A stretch of 64,000 bases of DNA from positions 256,001 to 320,000 of the forward strand of contig CAWBOS010000015.1 in assembly GCA_963790475.1 (NCBI GenBank), in the 5' to 3' direction. Of the stretch, positions 42,131 to 54,156 are shown piece after piece (the stretch's first letter is position 1; the number at the start of each line of letters is the position of its first letter). The notes under the pieces were generated by a model. That model did not search any database, was not told the origin of the DNA, and was given only the letters and a program-made list of their open reading frames with translations. This DNA comes from an uncultured delta proteobacterium. Its GTDB lineage: Bacteria; Desulfobacterota; RBG-13-43-22. A program made the translations under genes and the position numbers.

Positions 42131-42421
42131 TTACTTGGCCTTTCCTTTTACGGCGGTTTTTCGATCCCCGGAATGGGAATAAAAAGTTCGGGTGGGAGAA
42201 AATTCTCCCAATTTGTGACCGACCATATTTTCCGTCACATAGACCGGAATGAACTTTTTACCGTTATGGACCGCAAAAGTCATCCCTACAAATTCAGGCA
42301 GGACGGTTGAACGACGCGACCAGGTTTTTATGACTTTCCGGCTCTTGGTTTCCTGGGATTCTTGTACTTTCTTCAACAAAGGTTCATCAACAAAAGGACC
42401 TTTCTTTAATGAACGTGCCAC
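42131..42421 (-). CDS. rpsS: 30S ribosomal protein S19
   Basis: GTG start ARSLKKGPF; [11 protein letters not shown]. Confidence 0.97.
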   Translation of the reverse strand: MARSLKKGPFVDEPLLKKVQESQETKSRKVIKTWSRRSTVLPEFVGMTFAVHNGKKFIPVYVTENMVGHKLGEFSPTRTFYSHSGDRKTAVKGKAK

Positions 42422-42535
42422 AACTCCCCCCATTTCAATTCCGGATTGCGGAATAATAAGGTGCTGTTTCATCCCTCAATCCGAAATTCTTATTTCAGAT
42501 TGAATTAAATCTTTCTTATTCCGAAATCCGCATTC

Positions 42536-43363
42536 CTATTGTGTTTTTCTTTTTTTAACGATCAATCGATCGCTGGCCTTTTTCTTCCGGGTTTTGAATC
42601 CTTTGGTCGGGACTCCCCAAGGGGTTACCGGATGACGGCCCCCGGAGGACTTTCCCTCTCCTCCACCATGGGGATGATCCACCGGATTCATGGCCACACC
42701 TCGCACCTTGGGTCTTTGCCCCAACCACCGGCTTCGGCCGGCTTTGCCTAACGAGACCCTCTCATGCAAGAGATGCCCGCACTGCCCGATGGTGGCCCGA
42801 CAGGTCAATAAGACTTTGCGGACCTCTCCTGAAGGCAGTTTAATCTGTCCATATTTGTCTTCTTTGGCCATGAGTTGGGCATATGTCCCGGCACTGCGAG
42901 CCAGTTGCCCGCCGCATCCCGGTCTTAATTCGATGTTATGGATATTGGTACCCAGAGGAATGTTGCTGATGGGCAGACTGTTTCCCGGTTTAATGTCAGC
43001 CCGTCCGCTGCTGATCACCAGATCTCCCACCTTGAGTTGATGAGGGGCCAGAATATAGCGTTTTTCCCCATCGGCATAGTGAAGCAAGGCGATCCGGGTA
43101 GAACGATTGGGGTCGTATTCTATTACGGCCACCTTAGCGGGAATGTCTATTTTCTCCCGCTTAAAATCGATTCTTCGATACTGCCGTTTATGACCGCCCC
43201 CTTTATAACGGCTGGTGATACGGCCATAATTATTACGCCCCCCTGTCCGGGGTAATGGTTCTACCAGACCCCGAACCAGTTCTTTGCCCGTTATTTCATC
43301 GTAGGTATCAAAGGTTTGAAACCGTCTTCCCGGTGAAGTTGGTGTACATGTTCTAATGGCCAT
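42536..43363 (-). CDS. rplB: 50S ribosomal protein L2
   Basis: [20 protein letters not shown]. Confidence 0.98.
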   Translation of the reverse strand: MAIRTCTPTSPGRRFQTFDTYDEITGKELVRGLVEPLPRTGGRNNYGRITSRYKGGGHKRQYRRIDFKREKIDIPAKVAVIEYDPNRSTRIALLHYADGEKRYILAPHQLKVGDLVISSGRADIKPGNSLPISNIPLGTNIHNIELRPGCGGQLARSAGTYAQLMAKEDKYGQIKLPSGEVRKVLLTCRATIGQCGHLLHERVSLGKAGRSRWLGQRPKVRGVAMNPVDHPHGGGEGKSSGGRHPVTPWGVPTKGFKTRKKKASDRLIVKKRKTQ

Positions 43364-43392
43364 ATTGCTTCTCCCTTACCAAGGTCCCTTCC

Positions 43393-43674
43393 TTATAGAT
43401 TTTCAATCGCTTCACCCGGAGCCAGCCTGACCAGGGCCTTCTTCCAATCTGCAGTTCTTCCAGCCTTCTTTCCTACTCGCTTCTTCTTCCCCTCCATCTG
43501 CATGAGGTTGACCCGTTGTACCTTTACCTTGAACAGGGTCTGGACAGCCATCTTCACCTCGGAACGGTTGGCCCTTCGGTCAACTTCGAAAGCCACTTCA
43601 TTGATTTCTTCCTTCTTCCGAGTCGATTTTTCCGTTAGCAAGGGCCTTTTTATAATTTGAAAAATATCTTTCAT
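43393..43674 (-). CDS. rplW: 50S ribosomal protein L23
   Basis: PLLTEKS, WKKA. Confidence 0.96.
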   Translation of the reverse strand: MKDIFQIIKRPLLTEKSTRKKEEINEVAFEVDRRANRSEVKMAVQTLFKVKVQRVNLMQMEGKKKRVGKKAGRTADWKKALVRLAPGEAIENL

Positions 43675-44294
43675 TGGCCTAAGGCCTCCTCAATAATCGG
43701 AATGCTGGGTTTAAGCAGAACCAGGCGCTCATATCTCAAGACATCATAGACATTCAACCCGTCAGCCCGGAGGACTTTTACCCCATTCACATTACGGGCT
43801 GATTTTTCCAGGTTCGTGTTTTCCTGATCGGTGACAATCAAGGTTTTTTTCAATTGCAAACGGTCCATGACCTGGGAAAAATTTTTGGTCTTGATCTCAT
43901 CCAGATTAAAATTATCCAGGACCATCAATTGGTCCCCCTGCCACCTGGAAGACAAAGCCATCTTCATGGCCAATTTCTTAACCTTTTTGTTGACTTTGGG
44001 TTCGTAGGTCCTGGGAGAGGGCCCAAAAATAATCCCCCCACCGCGCATCAAGGGGGAGGTCCTGGTACCCTGCCTCGCCCGGCCGGTTCCTTTTTGACGA
44101 AAAGGTTTTTTACCGCCGCCGCGAACTTCGGATCGATCCTTGGTAGAGGAGGTCCCGGACCTCTGCTTAGCCTGAAAGCTTAAGACCATCTGATGGAGTA
44201 TATGGGGATTAACCTCCCGGTTAAAAATATCATCTTTCAGGAAAAGTTCTTCAACCTTTTCTCCAGTGAGGTTATAGACAGTTACCGTTGGCAT
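43671..44294 (-). CDS. rplD: 50S ribosomal protein L4
   Basis: RQKGTGRARQG; start at MPTV. Confidence 0.97.
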   Translation of the reverse strand: MPTVTVYNLTGEKVEELFLKDDIFNREVNPHILHQMVLSFQAKQRSGTSSTKDRSEVRGGGKKPFRQKGTGRARQGTRTSPLMRGGGIIFGPSPRTYEPKVNKKVKKLAMKMALSSRWQGDQLMVLDNFNLDEIKTKNFSQVMDRLQLKKTLIVTDQENTNLEKSARNVNGVKVLRADGLNVYDVLRYERLVLLKPSIPIIEEALGQ

Positions 44295-44419
44295 TTTTTT
44301 CCTCTTTGAAATCCAGGAGTCAGGTCTCAAAATTCAGAATAACTTCTCTTCAGTATCGAAAAAATACTCGGTAGGGCCTTCTGGATTCTGACTTCTGGAT
44401 TCTGACTTCTATGTTTTCA

Positions 44420-45037
44420 CTATTTATAAATAGCCAGGAGATTATTACGGCTCCCGGGTACAGCCCCTTTGACCAGCAGCAAATTACTTTCTGGCCTGAT
44501 ATCCACGATCGACAGGTGAATGACGCTCACCTGGCGATTTCCCATATGCCCGGGGAGTTTTTTGCCTTTTATGACCCGGGAGGGGTAGGCACTGGACCCG
44601 ATGGAACCGGGGACCCGATGGGATGTGCACCCATGGGTATCTTTTCCACCGGAAAAATTCCAACGCTTGACTACTCCGGCGAAGCCTTTCCCTTTGCTGG
44701 TCCCCCGGACTTTCACCTTGTCCCCGACCTGAAAAATGTCGACCCGGACTTCATCGCCCACTTTATAAGACAGGTCTCCCGAGGCCGGAAATTCTTTTAG
44801 ATGGACCATGGGGGGAATCCCTTTTTTCGCAAAATGCCCCTGAATCGGTTTATTAACCGCTTTGGGTTTCGCCGGCATAAATCCCAGTTGATAGACTGCT
44901 CCCTGGCTTTGTTCCCCTTTTTTCTGGACTACTACACAAGGGCCGGCCTCAATGACCGTTACGGCCACAGATTTCCCCTCTTCTATAAATATGCGGGTCA
45001 TTCCCAGCTTTTTTCCTAAAATTCCTTGCATGATCAT
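44420..45037 (-). CDS. rplC: 50S ribosomal protein L3
   Basis: GKKLGMT, SKGKGFAG. Confidence 0.97.
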   Translation of the reverse strand: MIMQGILGKKLGMTRIFIEEGKSVAVTVIEAGPCVVVQKKGEQSQGAVYQLGFMPAKPKAVNKPIQGHFAKKGIPPMVHLKEFPASGDLSYKVGDEVRVDIFQVGDKVKVRGTSKGKGFAGVVKRWNFSGGKDTHGCTSHRVPGSIGSSAYPSRVIKGKKLPGHMGNRQVSVIHLSIVDIRPESNLLLVKGAVPGSRNNLLAIYK

Positions 45038-45073
45038 CTTTCTCTGAAGAAACTGTTTTTAAAAAACATCCCC

Positions 45074-45385
45074 TTACAGTTTTATCTCGACGTCCACCCC
45101 GGCTGATAAATCCAATTTCATAAGGGCATCCACCGTGGCCTGGGTCGGTTCCAGGATATCCAATAATCTTTTATGCGTCCGGACTTCAAACTGCTCCCGG
45201 GATTTTTTATCCACATGGGGAGATCTCAAAACACAGAACTTTTTGATCATCGTCGGCAAGGGTATCGGCCCGGCCACCCGTGCCCCGGTCCTCCGAGCTG
45301 TTTCCACGATCTCAGCGGCCGACTGATCCAGCAGTTTATGGTCAAAGGCTTTGAGTTGAATCCGAATTTTTTGACTGGTCATCAT
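45074..45385 (-). CDS. rpsJ: 30S ribosomal protein S10
   Basis: [19 protein letters not shown]. Confidence 0.98.
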   Translation of the reverse strand: MMTSQKIRIQLKAFDHKLLDQSAAEIVETARRTGARVAGPIPLPTMIKKFCVLRSPHVDKKSREQFEVRTHKRLLDILEPTQATVDALMKLDLSAGVDVEIKL

Positions 45386-45490
45386 ATTAAAAATTCCTTT
45401 TAGGCTGAAGACTGAAGACTGTTAGGCTGAAGGTCGAATAAGGTTTTTTACCTTCAGCCTTCGGTCTAATTGCCTTCAGACCGATTTTTC

Positions 45491-46690
45491 CTATTCAATA
45501 ATCTCCGAGATGACACCGGCGCCGACGGTGCGGCCCCCTTCCCGGATGGCAAAACGAAGCTCCTTCTCCATGGCAATCGGGGTAATCAACGATATATCCA
45601 CCGATACATTGTCTCCCGGCATCACCATCTCCACTCCTTCCGGCAGCGTCACCACCCCGGTCACGTCCGTCGTTCGAAAATAAAACTGCGGCCGATACCC
45701 GTTGAAAAACGGCGTGTGCCGGCCTCCTTCTTCCTTGGCCAGGATATAGGCCTCGGCCTTAAACTTGGTGTGCGGTGTGATGCTCCCCGGCTTGGCCACT
45801 ACCTGCCCCCGCTCTACATCGTCGCGCTTCGTCCCCCGAAGCAATAACCCTAAATTGTCTCCCGCCTGCCCATGGTCCAGGGTCTTCCGGAACATTTCCA
45901 CCCCGGTGCAGATCGTCTTCACCGTCGGCCGGATACCGATTATCTCCACTTCGTCCCCGACCTTCACCTGTCCCCGTTCTACCCGGCCCGTGACCACCGT
46001 TCCCCGGCCCGAGATGCTGAATACATCCTCCACCGGCATCAAAAACGGCTTCTCAATATCCCGCACCGGTTCCGGTACAAACTTGTCCACCGCATCCATC
46101 AGCTCCAATATCGGCTTGCAATTATTACATTCCTCTTTCCCGCAGCCGCATTCCAGGGCCTTTAACGCCGACCCTTTCACAATCGGTATCTCATCCCCCG
46201 GAAATTCATACTTGGTCAGTAACTCCCGCAGCTCCAACTCCACCAGCTCTATCAATTCCGGATCATCGACCATGTCCACCTTGTTCAAAAATACCACAAT
46301 ATAGGGCACTCCTACCTGCCGCGCCAATAATATATGCTCCCTCGTCTGCGGCATCGGCCCGTCATCGGCCCCCACCACCAGTATCGCCCCGTCCATCTGG
46401 GCCGCTCCGGTGATCATGTTCTTGATATAATCCGCATGCCCCGGACAATCCACATGCGCATAATGTCGGCTCTTCGTCTCGTACTCCACATGCGCCGTCG
46501 CTATCGTGATCCCTCGCTCTTTCTCTTCCGGTGCCTTGTCGATCTGGTCAAACGGGACATAACTCGCCATCCCGCTCTTCGATAAACATAAGGTGATCGC
46601 CGCCGTTAACGTCGTCTTCCCATGATCTATATGCCCTATCGTCCCTACATTCACATGCGGCTTCGTCCGCTCAAATTTCTTCTTCGACAT
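45491..46690 (-). CDS. tuf: Elongation factor Tu (copy 1)
   Basis: [24 protein letters not shown]. Confidence 0.99.
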   Translation of the reverse strand: MSKKKFERTKPHVNVGTIGHIDHGKTTLTAAITLCLSKSGMASYVPFDQIDKAPEEKERGITIATAHVEYETKSRHYAHVDCPGHADYIKNMITGAAQMDGAILVVGADDGPMPQTREHILLARQVGVPYIVVFLNKVDMVDDPELIELVELELRELLTKYEFPGDEIPIVKGSALKALECGCGKEECNNCKPILELMDAVDKFVPEPVRDIEKPFLMPVEDVFSISGRGTVVTGRVERGQVKVGDEVEIIGIRPTVKTICTGVEMFRKTLDHGQAGDNLGLLLRGTKRDDVERGQVVAKPGSITPHTKFKAEAYILAKEEGGRHTPFFNGYRPQFYFRTTDVTGVVTLPEGVEMVMPGDNVSVDISLITPIAMEKELRFAIREGGRTVGAGVISEIIE

Positions 46691-46754
46691 CTCCCCGCCT
46701 CCCTTTGGTTAAATTAATTCCTTCCCTCTCCCATAAAAACAGGTTGCTTATGGA

Positions 46755-48833
46755 TTAACCACTTTTTCTATCTTTGATAAGAGATTCGAATACGGATTGA
46801 GGAACCTTTTGATAATGGGAAAATTGGAGGGTAAAAGTAGCTCGACCTTGGGTTAAGGATCGAATGCTGGTTGAATAGCCGAACATTTCGGCCATAGGGG
46901 CCTGACCGCGAACGATTCGGGCCTTACCCCGGCTCTCCAAGCCCTGAATTTTTCCCCTTCGGGAATTCAAATCCCCCATGACTTCCCCGATAAATTCTTC
47001 AGGGGTCACGATTTCCACTTCCATAATCGGTTCCAGAAGAATGGCCTGGGCCTTGGCCGCCGCTTCCTTAAAGGCGATAGATCCTGCAAAAAGAAAAGCC
47101 CGCTCCGAAGAATCCACTTCATGAAAAGAGCCGTCTACCAGCCTGACTCCGACATCGACCATGGGGTATCCGGCCAGTCCCCCACCTTCCATGGCCTCGA
47201 TGACCCCTTTTTCCACGGCCGGGATATATTCCTTGGGAATCACACCCCCGACAATCTTATTTTCGAACAAAAATCCGGCGCCGGCTTCCCGGGGATATAT
47301 CTCCAGCCAGACGTGGCCGTATTGCCCGCGCCCTCCGCTTTGCCGGATATATTTTCCTTCGGCCTTGATCTCCCGGGTAATCGTTTCTTTATAAGCCACC
47401 TGCGGTTTCCCGATATGTGCGGCCACATTAAACTCCCGGGTAAGGCGATCGACTATAATTTCCAGGTGCAGCTCCCCCATCCCGGAGATGATGGTCTGGC
47501 CGGTGTCTTCCTCGGTATGGACCTTGAAGGAAGGGTCTTCAGCCGCGATCCGCTGCAGGGAAAGGCCCAATTTATCCAGATCGGCCTTACTCTTGGGTTC
47601 AATGGCAATCGAGATAACCGGCACCGGAATGTCCAGCGATTCCAGCAGAAGAGGGGCCTTCGGATCACAGAGACTGTCGCCGGTAGTGGTATTTTTCAGT
47701 CCTACCACCGCCACAATGTCTCCGGCCCTCATCTCTTTGATCTCTTCCCTCTGATTGGCATGCATTTTGAGCAGACGGCCGATCTTCTCTTTTCGCCCTT
47801 TGTTGACATTGAGAACCGCCTCTCCGGAAGACAGGCACCCGGAATAAACCCGTAAAAAAGTCAGATGCCCCACATAAGGATCAGACATTAATTTGAAAGC
47901 CAGGGCGGTAAAAGGGGCATCTTCCCGGGCACTGCGTTCTTCCGTTTCACCTGAAGCATTTTTTCCTGCAATGGGAGGGACATCGGTCGGGGCGGGTAGG
48001 TAACGGACAATAGCATCGAGTAAAGGCTGGACCCCTTTATTTTTAAAGGCCGACCCACAGAGCACTGGAACCACCTTCCGTTGTAATGTGGCCTGTCGCA
48101 GGGCCTGAATGATCGTTTCTTCCGGCAGGTCTCGGCCTTCCAAGTAGGACTCCATGATGGCATCGTCGGTATCAGCCAGAGCCTCGATTAATTTCCGCCG
48201 ATACAAGGCCACAGTCTCCTTTAAGTCCTCCGGGATCGGCTCGGCTTCTAAGGTTCGTCCCAGGGTAGCCTGATCAAAAGAATAGGCCTTAAGGGTAATC
48301 AGGTCAATGATCCCCTGGAAGGATTCCTCCTTCCCCAAAGGCCATTGAACAAACACCGGATTGGCCCCCAGCCGTTCTTCCATCATTTTCAGACACCGTT
48401 CGTGATCGGCACCAACCCGATCCATCTTGTTAATGAAGGCCAGCCTCGGGATATGATAGCGGTCCGCTTGCCGCCAGACCGTCTCCGATTGAGGTTCCAC
48501 TCCGGCCACGGCATCGAAAACCGCTATCGCTCCATCAAGGACCCGCAGACTCCGCTCGACCTCGATAGTGAAATCCACATGCCCGGGGGTATCGATGATA
48601 TTGATCCGATGGTCTTTCCAGGTACAAGTGGTGGCTGCCGAGGTAATGGTAATCCCCCGTTCCTGCTCCTGTTCCATCCAATCCATCACCGCCGACCCAT
48701 CATGAACCTCCCCCATCTTGTACGATACCCCGGTATAGTATAAGATCCTTTCGGTGGTAGTGGTTTTTCCGGCGTCAATATGGGCCATGATCCCTATATT
48801 CCGAATCTGTGATAATAAAACCTGCTCAGACAA
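46755..48833 (-). CDS. fusA: Elongation factor G
   Basis: [24 protein letters not shown]. Confidence 0.98.
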   Translation of the reverse strand: MSEQVLLSQIRNIGIMAHIDAGKTTTTERILYYTGVSYKMGEVHDGSAVMDWMEQEQERGITITSAATTCTWKDHRINIIDTPGHVDFTIEVERSLRVLDGAIAVFDAVAGVEPQSETVWRQADRYHIPRLAFINKMDRVGADHERCLKMMEERLGANPVFVQWPLGKEESFQGIIDLITLKAYSFDQATLGRTLEAEPIPEDLKETVALYRRKLIEALADTDDAIMESYLEGRDLPEETIIQALRQATLQRKVVPVLCGSAFKNKGVQPLLDAIVRYLPAPTDVPPIAGKNASGETEERSAREDAPFTALAFKLMSDPYVGHLTFLRVYSGCLSSGEAVLNVNKGRKEKIGRLLKMHANQREEIKEMRAGDIVAVVGLKNTTTGDSLCDPKAPLLLESLDIPVPVISIAIEPKSKADLDKLGLSLQRIAAEDPSFKVHTEEDTGQTIISGMGELHLEIIVDRLTREFNVAAHIGKPQVAYKETITREIKAEGKYIRQSGGRGQYGHVWLEIYPREAGAGFLFENKIVGGVIPKEYIPAVEKGVIEAMEGGGLAGYPMVDVGVRLVDGSFHEVDSSERAFLFAGSIAFKEAAAKAQAILLEPIMEVEIVTPEEFIGEVMGDLNSRRGKIQGLESRGKARIVRGQAPMAEMFGYSTSIRSLTQGRATFTLQFSHYQKVPQSVFESLIKDRKSG

Positions 48834-48877
48834 ACAATGACTCCATTTCCCGTTCCAAACATGCCCTTGGTCATCGG

Positions 48878-49348
48878 CTACCAGCGGTAGTGGGCAAAGG
48901 CCTTGTTGGCCTCTGCCATTTTATGAGTGTCTTCTTTCTTTTTGATGGCCGCCCCGCGGTTATTCGCCGCATCCAGCAACTCCCCGGCCAATTTTCCTTC
49001 CATGGTTTTTTCGGAACGGGCCTTGGCATAATTGATGACCCAGCGTATACTCAAAGAAAGCCTCCGGCTCGATTTCACTTCAACCGGGACCTGGTAGGTG
49101 GATCCTCCGACTCTTCTGGATTTAACCTCAATCACCGGCTTAATGTTTTCGATGGCCTTTTCAAACACCTTAATCGGTTCCTCTTCGCTCTTCTTGCTGA
49201 TCAAATCCAAAGATCGGTAGAGGATCGACTCGGCCGTACTCTTTTTCCCCTGGCGCATCAGAGAATTGACGAACCTGGCCACCAGCAAACTGTGATATTT
49301 GGGATCGGGTAAGATCCCCCTGTGAATGACTTCTCTTTTCCTCGGCAT
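48878..49348 (-). CDS. rpsG: 30S ribosomal protein S7
   Basis: [21 protein letters not shown]. Confidence 0.98.
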   Translation of the reverse strand: MPRKREVIHRGILPDPKYHSLLVARFVNSLMRQGKKSTAESILYRSLDLISKKSEEEPIKVFEKAIENIKPVIEVKSRRVGGSTYQVPVEVKSSRRLSLSIRWVINYAKARSEKTMEGKLAGELLDAANNRGAAIKKKEDTHKMAEANKAFAHYRW

Positions 49349-49456
49349 TCCGACCTCTTTGACTTTTCAAAAATAGTAAATAAGATATTATTTTTTATTC
49401 GATACTATTTGATTCCGCAATCCCCTGCTGATCGCAGGTTCCAAAATCCGAAACGG

Positions 49457-49828
49457 TTATTTAGGTCTTTTAGCCCCATATTTGGATCGGCTGTTTTTTC
49501 GATCGGCCACGCCGATGGAGTCCAAAGTCCCTCGAATAATATGATAGCGAACCCCCGGCAGATCCTTGACCCGGCCCCCTCGAATCAGAACCACGGAGTG
49601 CTCCTGCAGATTATGTCCGATCCCCGGGATATAGGTGGTCACTTCCATACCATTGGTTAAGCGCACTCGGGCGACTTTACGGAGGGCCGAGTTGGGCTTT
49701 TTAGGGGTCGACGTATAAACACGAATACATACCCCGCGTTTTTGAGGACATCCTTTTAAGGCCGGCGCCGTATTTTTCCCTTTAACTTGTTCCCGGCCCT
49801 GACGAATCAATTGATTGATAGTAGCCAT
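49457..49828 (-). CDS. rpsL: 30S ribosomal protein S12
   Basis: [18 protein letters not shown]. Confidence 0.99.
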   Translation of the reverse strand: MATINQLIRQGREQVKGKNTAPALKGCPQKRGVCIRVYTSTPKKPNSALRKVARVRLTNGMEVTTYIPGIGHNLQEHSVVLIRGGRVKDLPGVRYHIIRGTLDSIGVADRKNSRSKYGAKRPK

Positions 49829-49904
49829 AAAATCCTGCTTTTCCCTCTATTGGATGGTCTAACTGCCTGAAAGCTGAAAATCAAAATATATAAACCGGAT
49901 CGCC

Positions 49905-52900
49905 CTAATTGTCAATCTTTTTTTCGGTCACTTCCTCTAATAATTGCGGCAAGATGATTTTACGATAAACCGGCATTCCCGATCCGGCCGGAATCAATCG
50001 TCCCATAATCACGTTTTCCTTCAATCCCCTCAGGTAATCCTTTTCGCCGGCAATACAGGTGTCCGTTAAAACCTTGGTGGTCTCCTGAAAAGAGGCGGCT
50101 GAGATAAAACTATCAGTGGAAAGAGAGGCCTTGGTGATTCCCTGGAGCAAGGGTTCGGCTTGGGCCGGTTTGCCCCCTTTGGTCAGGACCTCCTGGTTTT
50201 TCTGGGTAAACACCTGCCTTTCCACCTGGTCCCCTACCAGATAGTCCGTATCTCCGGGGTCTTTGATCTTGACCTTGCGAAGCATCTGCCGAACGATGAC
50301 TTCAATGTGCTTGTCGTTGATCTTAACCCCTTGAAGACGATAGACCTCCTGGACTTCATTGACCAGATATTTTGCCAGTTCTTTGATTCCACTGACACTT
50401 AAGATATCGTGAGGATTGGCCGAACCATCCATCAGGGGTTCCCCGGCCAGGATGACATCCCCTTCCTGCACGCTGACATGCTTCCCCTTGGGGATTAGAT
50501 ATTCTTTGGCCTCGCCTACCTCCGGGGTAACGATGACCTTCCGTTTTCCCTTGGTGTGCTTACCAAAGGTGACCACCCCGTCGATTTCGGTAATCACAGC
50601 GTGTTCTTTGGGCTTACGCACCTCAAAAAGTTCGGCCACGCGGGGGAGCCCCCCGGTGATATCCTTGGTCTTGGTGGTCTCCCTGGGGATTTTAGCAATC
50701 ACGTCGCCGGCCAAAACCGGGTCCCCCTCGGAGACCATGACGATGGCCCCGATAGGCAAGAGATAGCGGGCAAAGGAATTGGTATCCGGAAGACGGGCCG
50801 TTTTTCCACCCTCGTCTTTGATGGAAATTCTCGGCCGGACTTCAGCATCCCGATATTCGACAATGACCTTGCTGGATTTACCCGTCACTACGTCCCGCCG
50901 TTCCTCCAGGGTGGCCCCTTCGGTCAGATCCCCGAACTTTACCCGGCCGGAAACCGCGGTTATAATCGGGATAGTAAAGGGGTCCCAGTTGGCCAGAAGG
51001 GAACCGGCCGAAACCTTTTGTTTGTCCTTGACCTTAAGCAAGGTCCCGTAGATAAGGGGGTATCTTTCTCTTTCCCGATTTTTTTCATCCAAAACACAGA
51101 TCTGGCCGTTCCGGTTCATGACTACCAGGTCTCCATCCCGGTTTTGCACGGTATGAAGCTGGACAAATTGAACCTTTCCTTCGGTCCTGGATTGAAGGGA
51201 GGTCTGTTCCCCCCGTTTGCTGGCCACCCCGCCGATATGGAAGGTCCGCATGGTCAACTGGGTCCCGGGTTCTCCGATGGACTGAGCCGCAGTAATGCCG
51301 ATGGCCTCCCCGATATCGACCTGTTTTCCATAAGCCAGATCCCGGCCATAACATTTGGCACAAACCCCTCGGGCACTTTGACAGGTCAACACCGATCGAA
51401 TCATGATTTTCTCTATGCCCGCGTCTTCAATCCGGTCCACAGCCGCCTCATCGATTTCACTGCCGGCGGCAACCAGCACCTCTTCGGTAAAAGGATCTTT
51501 GATATCTTCCAGGGTGACTCGACCCAAGACACGCTCCCCGATGGGTTGAATCACTTCCCCCGCTTCCCGGAGGGATTCGACAAAAATCCCATCGATGGTC
51601 CCGCAATCTATTTCATTAATGATCACATCCTGAGACACATCCACCAGCCGCCGGGTCAGATACCCTGAATTGGCCGTTTTAAGAGCCGTATCGGCCAACC
51701 CTTTCCGGGCCCCGTGGGTGGAAATAAAATACTCCAACACACTCAACCCTTCCCGGAAATTAGCCCGGATCGGGGTGTTGATAATCTCCCCCGATGGTTT
51801 GGCCATCAGACCACGCATCCCGGCCAATTGTCTCATCTGGTCTTTACTCCCCCGGGCCCCGGAATCGGTCATCATAAAGATGGGGTTAAAACTGGCAACC
51901 TGAAAATCCTTATGATCCGGGCCGGTGGACACTTCTGAGCCCATGACCTGCATCATCTTCTGGGCCACATCTTCACTGGCCTTGGCCCAGATATCGACTA
52001 GTTTATTATATTTTTCACCGTCGGTAATCAGCCCGTCGGTGTATTGCTTCTCAACTCTCCGGACCTCTTCTTCGGCCTTTTTCAAGATCTCCTTCTTTTG
52101 AGGAGGAATCTTCATGTCCGAGACGGAAATAGAAATTCCCGATAGAGTTGCATAGTGGTATCCGATATCTTTTAACCGGTCGGCTAAAAGAACGGTCTCT
52201 TTGATGCCGGCTTTCCGGTAACAGTCATCAATCAGTTTCCGAACCTCTTTTTTGGTCATGACCCGGTTGATACGTTCAAAGGGAAGCATGGAGGGCAGCA
52301 CTTCCCCTAAGAGCACCCGTCCGACCGTGGTATCGACCAATCGACCGTCAAAACGGACTTTGATTTTGGCTTGGAGGTCCACCTGTCCGGCATCATAGGC
52401 GATCCGGACCTCTTCCGGTCCATAAAAGACCTTCCCTTCCCCTTTGGCAAACATCCGGTCTCGGGTCATATAATATAAACCCAAAATAATATCCTGCGAG
52501 GGGACAATGATCGGTTCCCCATTGGCCGGTGAAAGGATATTGTTGGTGGACATCATCAGGACCCGGGCTTCGATTTGGGCCTGGATGGATAAGGGCACAT
52601 GAACGGCCATCTGGTCTCCGTCAAAATCGGCATTAAAGGCCGTACAGACTAAGGGATGCAGTTGAATGGCCTTTCCCTCGACCAAAATCGGTTCAAAGGC
52701 CTGAATCCCTAATCGGTGCAGGGTTGGGGCACGATTGAGCAGCACCGGATATTCACGGACCACTTCATCTAAGGTATCCCAAACCTCCGGGGTCTCCTTT
52801 TCCACCATCTTTTTGGCTGTTTTAATGGTAGACACATAACCTTTTTCTTCCAACCGGTGATAAATAAAAGGCTTGAAAAGCTCCAGGGCCATCTTTTTAG

Positions 52901-54005
52901 GTAAACCACACTGGTGCAAGCGCAAATTAGGTCCGACAACAATCACCGACCGGCCGGAATAATCGACACGTTTTCCCAACAGGTTTTGCCGGAATCGACC
53001 CTGCTTGCCCTTCAGCATATCGCTTAAGGACTTCAGAGGGCGCTTATTGGTCCCGGTGATCACCTTACCCCGTCGGCCGTTATCAAAAAGGACATCAACA
53101 GCCTCCTGAAGCATCCTTTTTTCATTTCGAATAATGATATCCGGGGCATTGAGTTCCAAAAGCCGTTTCAAACGATTGTTCCGGTTGATGACCCGGCGGT
53201 AAAGATCATTCAGATCGGAAGTGGCAAATCGTCCGCCGTCTAAAGGGACCAGGGGTCTGAGATCGGGTGGTAAAATCGGTATGACGGTCATGACCATCCA
53301 TTCAGGGCGGTTTCCCGAATCCTTGAAGGCATCAACAACCTTAAGCCTTTTGATGGTTTTCTTCTTTTTGGCTTCCGAATGAGTCGTCTGGATTTCTTCC
53401 CGCAAGGCTATGGATTCGGCTGCCAGGTCCAAGTTTTTCAAAAGGCTCTGGATGGCTTCGGCCCCAATACCGGCCACCACCCGGTCTCCGAATTCTTCTT
53501 TGATCTGGCGGTAACGCTCCTCGGAGAACAGGCTCCGAACCGGCAGGGAGGGCTCCTTGGACTCCAAGACAATATAGGCTTCGAAATAAAGGACTTTTTC
53601 CAGTTCTTTGAGGGTCAGATCCAAAAGGGTGCCTATTTTACTGGGGAGACTTTTCAGGAACCAGATATGGGCTACAGGGCTGGCCAGTTCAATATGTCCC
53701 ATCCGTTCGCGACGGACTTTGGACTGGATGACCTCCACCCCGCATTTTTCACAGACCACTCCCCGGTGTTTCATGCGCTTATATTTTCCGCAATTGCACT
53801 CATAATCTTTGGTCGGGCCGAATATCTTGGCACAAAAAAGACCGTCCCGTTCCGGTTTGAAGGTCCGATAGTTAATGGTCTCCGGCTTTTTCACCTCACC
53901 ATGGGACCATTCCCGGATCTTCTCCGGAGAGGCCAGAGAAATTTTTACGGCATAAAAATTCAACGGGTCTTTGGGTTTGGCAAAGTAGCTGAATAGATCT
54001 TCCAA
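49905..54005 (-). CDS. rpoC: RNA polymerase beta' subunit
   Basis: NADFDGD catalytic motif, zinc fingers. Confidence 0.99.
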   Translation of the reverse strand: MEDLFSYFAKPKDPLNFYAVKISLASPEKIREWSHGEVKKPETINYRTFKPERDGLFCAKIFGPTKDYECNCGKYKRMKHRGVVCEKCGVEVIQSKVRRERMGHIELASPVAHIWFLKSLPSKIGTLLDLTLKELEKVLYFEAYIVLESKEPSLPVRSLFSEERYRQIKEEFGDRVVAGIGAEAIQSLLKNLDLAAESIALREEIQTTHSEAKKKKTIKRLKVVDAFKDSGNRPEWMVMTVIPILPPDLRPLVPLDGGRFATSDLNDLYRRVINRNNRLKRLLELNAPDIIIRNEKRMLQEAVDVLFDNGRRGKVITGTNKRPLKSLSDMLKGKQGRFRQNLLGKRVDYSGRSVIVVGPNLRLHQCGLPKKMALELFKPFIYHRLEEKGYVSTIKTAKKMVEKETPEVWDTLDEVVREYPVLLNRAPTLHRLGIQAFEPILVEGKAIQLHPLVCTAFNADFDGDQMAVHVPLSIQAQIEARVLMMSTNNILSPANGEPIIVPSQDIILGLYYMTRDRMFAKGEGKVFYGPEEVRIAYDAGQVDLQAKIKVRFDGRLVDTTVGRVLLGEVLPSMLPFERINRVMTKKEVRKLIDDCYRKAGIKETVLLADRLKDIGYHYATLSGISISVSDMKIPPQKKEILKKAEEEVRRVEKQYTDGLITDGEKYNKLVDIWAKASEDVAQKMMQVMGSEVSTGPDHKDFQVASFNPIFMMTDSGARGSKDQMRQLAGMRGLMAKPSGEIINTPIRANFREGLSVLEYFISTHGARKGLADTALKTANSGYLTRRLVDVSQDVIINEIDCGTIDGIFVESLREAGEVIQPIGERVLGRVTLEDIKDPFTEEVLVAAGSEIDEAAVDRIEDAGIEKIMIRSVLTCQSARGVCAKCYGRDLAYGKQVDIGEAIGITAAQSIGEPGTQLTMRTFHIGGVASKRGEQTSLQSRTEGKVQFVQLHTVQNRDGDLVVMNRNGQICVLDEKNRERERYPLIYGTLLKVKDKQKVSAGSLLANWDPFTIPIITAVSGRVKFGDLTEGATLEERRDVVTGKSSKVIVEYRDAEVRPRISIKDEGGKTARLPDTNSFARYLLPIGAIVMVSEGDPVLAGDVIAKIPRETTKTKDITGGLPRVAELFEVRKPKEHAVITEIDGVVTFGKHTKGKRKVIVTPEVGEAKEYLIPKGKHVSVQEGDVILAGEPLMDGSANPHDILSVSGIKELAKYLVNEVQEVYRLQGVKINDKHIEVIVRQMLRKVKIKDPGDTDYLVGDQVERQVFTQKNQEVLTKGGKPAQAEPLLQGITKASLSTDSFISAASFQETTKVLTDTCIAGEKDYLRGLKENVIMGRLIPAGSGMPVYRKIILPQLLEEVTEKKIDN

Positions 54006-54156
54006 GATGTACTCCTTAAAAATATGTGTTAACGGACAAATAGGTTTAAAAGAAAGCTCGGAGTTCGGAGTTGGGAGTTATTTACTCATCACTCCCAACT
54101 CCGAACTAATAACTAACAGTAACTAACAGGCTTCCCTGAGCCCTGTTTTTATGATG

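Noticed and set aside
50556-51668. Long antisense ORFs over rpoC, fusA, hdrA and others
   Set aside because: Shadow frames of well-supported genes.
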